Virus record (IMG/VR): IMGVR_UViG_3300046528_000120
Location: 39,100-103,099 of that record
Strand: one strand, 5' to 3'
DNA from: a virus
Taxonomy: Duplodnaviria > Caudoviricetes
Length of the DNA: 64,000 nt
The translations under genes were made by a program, and so were the position numbers. Shown piece by piece: positions 48,952 to 55,410 of this stretch (positions within the stretch are counted from its first letter, which is position 1; the number at the start of each line of letters is the position of its first letter). The notes below the pieces were generated by a model that searched no databases, was not told where the DNA came from, and worked only from the letters and a program-made list of their open reading frames with translations.

Positions 48952-49455
48952 ATGCCGTTCTTGTTTTCTATCCTGTCTAGTTTCTGGGATAAGGTCGCCG
49001 TAGCGGGCGATGACGATTGCTGGGAATGGATTGCCGGAAAGTTCACGACTGGCTATGGTTGCTTCTATGCATCGCCAACGAGACGACGTGAATACGCGCA
49101 CCGCTTCTCGTATGAAATTCGTAACGGTGAAGTCCCACCCCACCTGGAAGTTTTGCATACCTGTGATAACCCAGGATGCGTTAATCCGCGTCATCTGGTT
49201 GCTGGCACGCACAAGGATAATATGCACGACCGTGACGCTAAGGGTCGTGGCAATCAACCGAAGGGCATAGGCAATGCGTTCGCTAAGTTGGATAACGCTA
49301 GAGTTCTGCGACTTCGACTTGACCACGCTACGCAATCAGTTTCATTCGCAGAGTTGGGCCGCAGATACGGTGTAAGCGCAGTAACTGCTAGTCTGATTGT
49401 GAAAGGCATAAAGTGGAAGCACCTGCGAATAATTCGACGCACAACAAGGAGTTAG
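48952..49455 (+). CDS. HNH homing endonuclease
   Basis: CWEW.....GYG....AHR.SY....G......VLH.CDNP.CVNP.HL..GT...NM.D; lower GC. Confidence 0.9.
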   Translation: MPFLFSILSSFWDKVAVAGDDDCWEWIAGKFTTGYGCFYASPTRRREYAHRFSYEIRNGEVPPHLEVLHTCDNPGCVNPRHLVAGTHKDNMHDRDAKGRGNQPKGIGNAFAKLDNARVLRLRLDHATQSVSFAELGRRYGVSAVTASLIVKGIKWKHLRIIRRTTRS

Positions 49456-49456
49456 A

Positions 49457-49651
49457 ATGGAACAAGAAAAGCACTTGAATGGCATGGTAGAACGTACTAG
49501 CAGCGATCACGTCTGGCGTGACCCCGTAACTGGCAAGTATCACTACAGCGACGAAGCAGAGCAGATCGTGGAGACGCCGTACGATACTGAATTCGACGCC
49601 GCCGAAGCACTCGGCAACTACGTTCATCAATTGAACCTGCCGCGCGAGTAG
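49457..49651 (+). CDS. Small hypothetical protein
   Basis: AAGGAG RBS. Confidence 0.6.
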   Translation: MEQEKHLNGMVERTSSDHVWRDPVTGKYHYSDEAEQIVETPYDTEFDAAEALGNYVHQLNLPRE

Positions 49652-49659
49652 ATCGCAAC

Positions 49660-49805
49660 GCCCTCGCAAGAGGGCTAAGACAGCTAGGCATTCAATCAGG
49701 TAAAGACGGTATCGCGCACGGCAATGCGTGGCTCCGCCCATAATGCACCTAAATCCAGTGGGTGTTTGCCTTAATAGATTGGATACCGAATGCCTAGCTG
49801 CCTTA
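49660..49805 (+). ncRNA. Candidate structured ncRNA
   Basis: GNRA hairpin, then a 13-bp perfect closing stem (49681-49693/49788-49800) with nested stems; no ORF on the + strand. Confidence 0.45.
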
Positions 49806-49833
49806 TTTTTGCAATCAATTGCAAGGAGCAGTC

Positions 49834-50007
49834 ATGAAATTGTGGGAAGTCACCATGAAGGTGAACGTCGTCACGACCGACGATGAAACCGGCGAGGACG
49901 CCAAGACTAAATTGCAGCCCTACCTGGACCAGATGGGAGTAGCTGGCGCCGCCATTACAGACGCTGTCGAGCTACCATTGGACTACCAAACACGGAGGAC
50001 GCAATGA
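49834..50007 (+). CDS. Small hypothetical protein
   Basis: AAGGAG RBS overlapping the end of a motif copy. Confidence 0.6.
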   Translation: MKLWEVTMKVNVVTTDDETGEDAKTKLQPYLDQMGVAGAAITDAVELPLDYQTRRTQ

Positions 50008-50354
50008 CGACTGACACGAATTTCATGGTGATCGACATCACCCCGGCCGGCGAGGTCTCGGCCATGCACCGCGAGCAGTTCCCCTTGAGCTTCCTGGGCA
50101 AGCAGTCAATCCGCCGCGCCAGCGAGATCAAGTTTGACGAAGGCACCCAGAAGTGGGACGTGCATGTTCCTGGCATGATGGTTCACGACGCCGAATCCTG
50201 GATAGCAATTGAAGACGCGCGCGGCTTCGCTTCCTACGATGTCGCCCGCAAGTTCGAGGTGCGCTGGTTGGAGGAATGCAAGCTGGCCAGCGTCCATCCG
50301 CTGAGCGGCGAAGGGCGGGTGATTGCCGCGCGTATCCGGCCGGAGTTCATCTAA
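50004..50354 (+). CDS. Hypothetical protein
   Basis: GGAGG RBS; I.RAS.I.FD....W.V pattern. Confidence 0.7.
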   Translation: MTTDTNFMVIDITPAGEVSAMHREQFPLSFLGKQSIRRASEIKFDEGTQKWDVHVPGMMVHDAESWIAIEDARGFASYDVARKFEVRWLEECKLASVHPLSGEGRVIAARIRPEFI

Positions 50355-50395
50355 AAGTTTCATTGGTGGTAGTACCCTCGTGCGATGAGGTTTGG

Positions 50396-50426
50396 GCGGG
50401 TAGGCTTCAGCTTCCCCGCTTTTTTT
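50396..50426 (+). terminator. Rho-independent terminator
   Basis: GCGGG..GC-TTCA-GC..CCCGC-T7. Confidence 0.7.
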
Positions 50427-50443
50427 GCGTCCATTGTGTAGGA

Positions 50444-50472
50444 TTGACAGTATAGGGGATTCGCTCTATAAT
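50444..50472 (+). promoter_or_regulatory. Perfect consensus sigma70 promoter for the replication operon
   Basis: TTGACA(50444-50449)-17 bp-TATAAT(50467-50472). Confidence 0.9.
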
Positions 50473-50509
50473 GTCAATATATACATTTCCAAGTAGAAAG
50501 GAGTCTGTG

Positions 50510-50824
50510 ATGAGCGTATCAATATCCAGCGCGTATGCGCGCGAAGTCCTGGCCCGGCCGCACTTGCCGCACGCGGCGGTCCGTCTGGGCCTCTGGTTAG
50601 CGGCATGCGCCGAGCAACGCGGCGGCTTCCCGGTGGAGACCACGGTCCAGGCAATCATGACCGGCCTCGACACCGAAGAGGTGCACGCGCCCGGCGTCGG
50701 CTTCCGCCATGAGACCGTGAGCAAGTCGGTCACCGCCCTAGAAGAAGCCGGCCTGCTCCAGGTAGAGAAAAGCCCCTTCTACAAGGGTCCGCAGAAGTAC
50801 ACCCTGAACCTCAACCGAGACTGA
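50510..50824 (+). CDS. Winged-helix DNA-binding protein
   Basis: G....TVSKSV.ALEEAGLL.V.......KY.L wHTH pattern; AAGGAG RBS. Confidence 0.65.
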   Translation: MSVSISSAYAREVLARPHLPHAAVRLGLWLAACAEQRGGFPVETTVQAIMTGLDTEEVHAPGVGFRHETVSKSVTALEEAGLLQVEKSPFYKGPQKYTLNLNRD

Positions 50825-50825
50825 C

Positions 50826-51371
50826 ATGGACAACGTCCTCGACATCACGCCGCACCTGCCTGAGAAGGCACCGCTGGACGTGACCATACCGCTCCAAGTA
50901 GTAACGCGCATGCTTCAGGTCGGCGCAATTAGCCGGCACGCCTACGGCATCGGCTTGCTGGCCATCGCGTACATGCAAGAAGACGGCGAGTACGCATGCA
51001 CGCTCACGCGGCAGGAGATCGCACGAGGCGCTGTAATGATCGAGGGGGAACCAGCAGTAGCACTAGGCAATCCGGAGATTCACGAGCTGGCCGCCGCCCT
51101 GCACGCCCTGCAATTTAATTGCGGCATATGGAACCACATCTTGGCCAACCGTGTCGGGAAGGGCAAAGAGAAGTACAACCACTTCACTGAGCCGCATCGC
51201 GGCGATGGCAGTTACGAAGCGCTGTACCGGATCATCAAGCATGACACCCCGATTCATTTCTGTTGGCTCCCCGAGCGCCAGGACGAGATCATCGAGCATG
51301 CCCGCGACGTGGTCGAGCACAAGCTGATGATTTCCCGCTTCTCCAACATCCGCACTGTGAAGCTCCCATAA
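50826..51371 (+). CDS. Hypothetical protein (possible HTH)
   Basis: LTRQEIARG segment. Confidence 0.6.
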   Translation: MDNVLDITPHLPEKAPLDVTIPLQVVTRMLQVGAISRHAYGIGLLAIAYMQEDGEYACTLTRQEIARGAVMIEGEPAVALGNPEIHELAAALHALQFNCGIWNHILANRVGKGKEKYNHFTEPHRGDGSYEALYRIIKHDTPIHFCWLPERQDEIIEHARDVVEHKLMISRFSNIRTVKLP

Positions 51372-51372
51372 G

Positions 51373-52746
51373 ATGCTGAAGACCGTAGACATTGCTGAGT
51401 ACGAACGTACCCTGCGCTCGAAGCTGCGCGGAGGGATGGATTTGCAGCGTCATTACTCCATGTCGATGCACCAACTTGCTGCGCGCTGGGCTAAGAGACT
51501 CGCACCGCACCAAACCCTCATTCTGATATTCGTTCTCGACCGCACCGTATACCACGGCAAGCTGAGCGAGACCATCGCGTTCGACCAGTTCCTGGATGGC
51601 ATGGTTCTAAATGACCGCGACGAGCGCGTCTTCAACGGACTCAATATGAGCAAGAACACGCTCGTACTGCACCTGAAGGAATTGGTAAATGGCGACTTCT
51701 TGCACGCATGCGCATGCCTCGCGGCGGACGGCAAGACTGAGATTCGCCCACGCCTGTTTGCAATCAATTGCAAGAAGCTCTTCAACCTGGACATCGCCGA
51801 CGAGGAAAACCCCATGATTCTGCGCGAGCCGAAAGCCAAGAAGGTAGTAGAAGTTGCCGAAGATGACCAGGATAATCTGGCCCCATCTGCACGTAAGTTG
51901 TTGAAAACACCGAAGAAATTGGCTGTAGAGGCTCCCAAAAACACCCCCCCAAATTTGGGGGGCATATATACTGATAACAGGATAACTAAAGTTATCCATT
52001 TCGGCGATGCGGCGCACGCCGAGCATCCTAAGAAGGTCAGCATTGCCGATGCGCTGGAAAACCTCCAAGCTACTCGTGCCGCATTAAAGGCGCAGCGCCC
52101 AGCCAGTCGTCCTACTCGCACCACCCGCAGCGCTGCCGCGCAGAGCAACAATCCCTACAGCCGCGTAAGCGTGCAGGGCAAGCTGGACGAGTTGATGCAG
52201 CAGTACCACCCGGCGCTGCCACGCGTCATCGTTACCGACAAAGCCCTGGGCGTGATGCGCAAGCGCATGGCCGACGCCGGCATCGAGCGCGACGACTTCC
52301 TCGACTGGGCCATCAAGATGTGGATGACCACGTCCCAGGCCCACGCACGCGGCGCACGCCGCAACATAGGTGAGGCCCGCCGCAGCTACGCACCACTGCC
52401 AGCCGCCCCGGACTTCAATACCCTGGCCTACCGCCTGCCCTACTTCCTCGCGGCCTACCGCAGCTACGTGCAAGCCGAGCGCATCGGCGCAGCGACCAAC
52501 CGCGAAGAGATGCTGGAGCGCAAAGTCGAGAAGCTGGAGCGCAAGGTCCAGTCGGCCCAGGACGAAGTGCGCAGCGCCAGGGAACGCGAACGCGCCGTGC
52601 GCCGCCGCCCACGAGTTACCGAAGTACCCGAAGAAGCACCACCCGTCCGACCGGCACGGATCGCCCGCCGCGCCCCTGTTACCACCACCCTGCTCGACGA
52701 CGATCTGCCGTTGGCATGGGATGAATACGACCAGAAGAAGGCCTAA
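51373..52746 (+). CDS. Putative replication initiator (N-terminal wHTH, lambda O-like organisation)
   Basis: LIFVLDRT..G......QF..G....GL.MSKNTL...LKEL; AT-rich internal linker; followed by loader and helicase genes. Confidence 0.6.
   Translation: MLKTVDIAEYERTLRSKLRGGMDLQRHYSMSMHQLAARWAKRLAPHQTLILIFVLDRTVYHGKLSETIAFDQFLDGMVLNDRDERVFNGLNMSKNTLVLHLKELVNGDFLHACACLAADGKTEIRPRLFAINCKKLFNLDIADEENPMILREPKAKKVVEVAEDDQDNLAPSARKLLKTPKKLAVEAPKNTPPNLGGIYTDNRITKVIHFGDAAHAEHPKKVSIADALENLQATRAALKAQRPASRPTRTTRSAAAQSNNPYSRVSVQGKLDELMQQYHPALPRVIVTDKALGVMRKRMADAGIERDDFLDWAIKMWMTTSQAHARGARRNIGEARRSYAPLPAAPDFNTLAYRLPYFLAAYRSYVQAERIGAATNREEMLERKVEKLERKVQSAQDEVRSARERERAVRRRPRVTEVPEEAPPVRPARIARRAPVTTTLLDDDLPLAWDEYDQKKA
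51944..51999. other. Candidate replication origin elements
   Basis: CCCCCCAAATTTGGGGGG palindrome, ATATATA, GGATAACT-AA-AGTTATCC hairpin and a DnaA-box-like TTATCCATT. Confidence 0.45.
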
Positions 52747-52748
52747 GC

Positions 52749-53330
52749 ATGACTGTCTCCACCACGCAGCAAAACGTGCGCAAATTGCGCGAAAGCCATA
52801 TCCCGCCGTACACCTTCAGGACCAACTTCGACCAGGAGCAGCTAGGGTCGCTGAAGGCCCGTATCACCAGCGCCGAATTCCGTGACGCCATGGCGAACGG
52901 CGCGCCGGTAAATCTGTTCATCTATGCCGGCGAAGATCACCGCGCCGCCCTGCAACGCTCGGTGCGCGCCGCCGCTCTGGTCGCCAAGGGCCTGTGCCTC
53001 CAGAACATGCAGGTGATCCACACCCACATGGCCGGTTTCCTGCGCGAGCAGCGCATGGCCGAGATGGAGCGCACCGACAGCAGCGTCAACCCGGTACTGT
53101 CCCACCTCGGCAAGGGCTACATCGCGATCAGCGATTTCCTGGAGTACGACAACATCACCGAGCTGTACGGGCACCACTCGTTGCAATTGATTGCAGACTA
53201 CCTGATCGAACACGTCGAGGCTGGCGGTGGCCTGATCCTGGGCGCGGGCAACATCGACCCGCTGGACGTGCTCCAGTTCGGCGTGGCATTCCAGAACCTC
53301 ATGGGCGTCTTCGAGACGTACCGCGTATGA
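52749..53330 (+). CDS. DnaC-like helicase loader with degenerate P-loop
   Basis: Lies between initiator and helicase; S.IP..........F; NLFIY where Walker A is expected; Y.AISDF. Confidence 0.45.
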   Translation: MTVSTTQQNVRKLRESHIPPYTFRTNFDQEQLGSLKARITSAEFRDAMANGAPVNLFIYAGEDHRAALQRSVRAAALVAKGLCLQNMQVIHTHMAGFLREQRMAEMERTDSSVNPVLSHLGKGYIAISDFLEYDNITELYGHHSLQLIADYLIEHVEAGGGLILGAGNIDPLDVLQFGVAFQNLMGVFETYRV

Positions 53331-54601
53331 GCGACGGCCTGCGTCTAGTTTCTGCCGTGGTCGCGGCCGGGGCCGGCGCCACCCTCCTGCGCATGGAGCG
53401 TGACCTGTTCACCGAAGCCGAGCACGCCGCGTACGATTTCGTGCGTGACTTCTTCCGCCGCTTCCAGTCGGTGCCGAACGCGCAGACGGTGCAGCAGGAG
53501 ACCGGCGTCCGCCTACCGTCCGCGCCGGAGAACATCGCCTTCTACGTGGAGCAAGTCGAGACCCGCCACACCTACACCCGCGTCCTGGAGCATTACAGCG
53601 ACCTGCGCGCCGCGATGCAGACCCGCAGCGTCGATGAGATGCGCCCGATCATCAACGGCATGCACCAAGCGGTGAGCGCCCACCGTGAACGCGGCCATGT
53701 CGTCATGGGCCTCGGCGGCGCGCTCCAGCTCGTTACCGACCGCCTGGAACGCACCATGGGCCGTGGCGGTATCACCGGTATCGAGACGCCATGGGAGACC
53801 TTCAACGAGACCACTGGCGGCTACCAGGACGCCGACCTTGTGACGATTGTCGGCCGCCCCGGCACGGCGAAGACCTACAACATTCTGACCCAGGCCATGG
53901 CAGCGCACGATGCCGGCCGTAGCGTTCTGGTCGTCACGACCGAGATGGGCATCGAACAGTTGGGCCGTCGCTATGCCGCGCTGAAAACCGGCGTCAACCC
54001 CGAGCTATTGAAGCGCAACATGATCTCGACCTACATGATGCGCCGCATTGAAGCGCTCGGTGCCGAGATGATGACCGACGAACGCATGCGCTTCTTCTCG
54101 GTGGGCATGGGCGCGAAGATCAACGCCATCGAAGGCCTGATGCAGGAGTTCGACCCCGAAGTGGTCTTCCTCGATGGCACCTACCTCGTGCACCCGAGCG
54201 TCAAGCAGGCCATGAAGCGTATCGAGCGCGTCGGCGAAGTGTTCGACGAATTGAAGGGCCTGACGATCTCGTCGAACCGCCCGATCATCAACACGATGCA
54301 GTTCAACCGGCAGGCCGGCAAGGACGGTAAAGACGGCTCGCTGGAGAACATCGGCTTCACCGACGCCGTTGGTATGCACTCGTCGCTGGTCATCGGCTTG
54401 AAGATGGGGCCGACCGAGAACCCGCGCGCCAGCCGCACCATGGAATTCCTGAAGGGCCGCGAAGGTGAGATCGGACAGGTCCACATGAACTTCAAATTTG
54501 CCCCGGTCGACATGAGCGAGCTGTTCGTCGATAATGACGATGGCACCACACCCGGAGCACCCGGAGCTGCTGGAGATGCCGGCGTCGATTGGATGATGTA
54601 G
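53327..54601 (+). CDS. DnaB-like replicative helicase
   Basis: GI.TPW...N..TGG.Q..DL..IVGRPGTAKT; TEM; VFLDG; Q.NR; KGREG. Confidence 0.9.
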   Translation: MSDGLRLVSAVVAAGAGATLLRMERDLFTEAEHAAYDFVRDFFRRFQSVPNAQTVQQETGVRLPSAPENIAFYVEQVETRHTYTRVLEHYSDLRAAMQTRSVDEMRPIINGMHQAVSAHRERGHVVMGLGGALQLVTDRLERTMGRGGITGIETPWETFNETTGGYQDADLVTIVGRPGTAKTYNILTQAMAAHDAGRSVLVVTTEMGIEQLGRRYAALKTGVNPELLKRNMISTYMMRRIEALGAEMMTDERMRFFSVGMGAKINAIEGLMQEFDPEVVFLDGTYLVHPSVKQAMKRIERVGEVFDELKGLTISSNRPIINTMQFNRQAGKDGKDGSLENIGFTDAVGMHSSLVIGLKMGPTENPRASRTMEFLKGREGEIGQVHMNFKFAPVDMSELFVDNDDGTTPGAPGAAGDAGVDWMM

Positions 54602-54621
54602 TCGACATGAAAGGAGAAGCT

Positions 54622-54828
54622 ATGAGCAACAAGAAGCACGACGCGGTTCTGATCGCGCGCAACAAGCTGGAAGAGGCAGAGGAAGCGTATCTGCGGGCTA
54701 ACGGCTGGACCTATAGCAGCGCAAACCCCGCCTGTCTGTGGATGTGGCAGAAGACCCTGCCGGATGGCCGTACCGTCATGACGCTGCGCGCCCAGGCCGT
54801 TACCTTCCAGGAGATGAGCCGTGTCTGA
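54622..54828 (+). CDS. Small hypothetical protein
   Basis: AAGGAG RBS. Confidence 0.6.
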   Translation: MSNKKHDAVLIARNKLEEAEEAYLRANGWTYSSANPACLWMWQKTLPDGRTVMTLRAQAVTFQEMSRV

Positions 54829-55153
54829 GAAATTGCAATCAATTGCAGAACACGGCGATAACCTCGCCTGGGATAAGTTCTCCGAGATCGTCAAGGAGAA
54901 GATGGCGGCAAGCCGCGCTAAAGGTCGCGGTGGATGGGATGATCCTGCACAATGCACGGTCGAGCAATTAGCGTATCTGCTAGTAGAGCATGTAGCGAAG
55001 GGCGACCCGCGAGACATCGCCATCCTGTCCATGATGGTGCACCAACGCGGAGGCACCGCTATTGACGTTTATGAAGCGTTTGCCGTGCACGCGGCGCGGG
55101 CCAAGCCCTACGCACCAACGCCGGAAGAGCTGGAGAAGGAGTTTCAGCAATGA
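54821..55153 (+). CDS. Hypothetical phage protein
   Basis: K.K.A.SR.KGRGGW...C....L...L..HV.KGDP.D.A, a pattern I recognise from small phage proteins. Confidence 0.7.
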   Translation: MSEKLQSIAEHGDNLAWDKFSEIVKEKMAASRAKGRGGWDDPAQCTVEQLAYLLVEHVAKGDPRDIAILSMMVHQRGGTAIDVYEAFAVHAARAKPYAPTPEELEKEFQQ

Positions 55154-55410
55154 CCGACAAAATGCAATCAATTGCAACGCAACAGTTCGACGCATACGGC
55201 GACATGCAAGTGCCGTTTGACGTTGCAACTTGGTGCCGCGCACACAAGTTCAACACAACAGCGGTCGACATCTTGCGCACACTCAAAGCCCGCAATGCGC
55301 TGAGCGGGCAGATCGAACAATTGGAGCGCCAGCGCGACGAGCAGGAAGAACGTCTGCGCATCCTGACACAAGAGGCCCGTCAGAAGATGGAGGTGGCGCA
55401 TGCCGTTTGA
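55150..55410 (+). CDS. Small coiled-coil hypothetical protein
   Basis: AAGGAG RBS; coupled to neighbours. Confidence 0.6.
   Translation: MTDKMQSIATQQFDAYGDMQVPFDVATWCRAHKFNTTAVDILRTLKARNALSGQIEQLERQRDEQEERLRILTQEARQKMEVAHAV

Noticed and set aside
49660-49805. Retron msr/msd or group I intron interpretation of the structured region
   Set aside because: There is no reverse transcriptase in the window, no gene is interrupted, and no intron core motifs were recognised.
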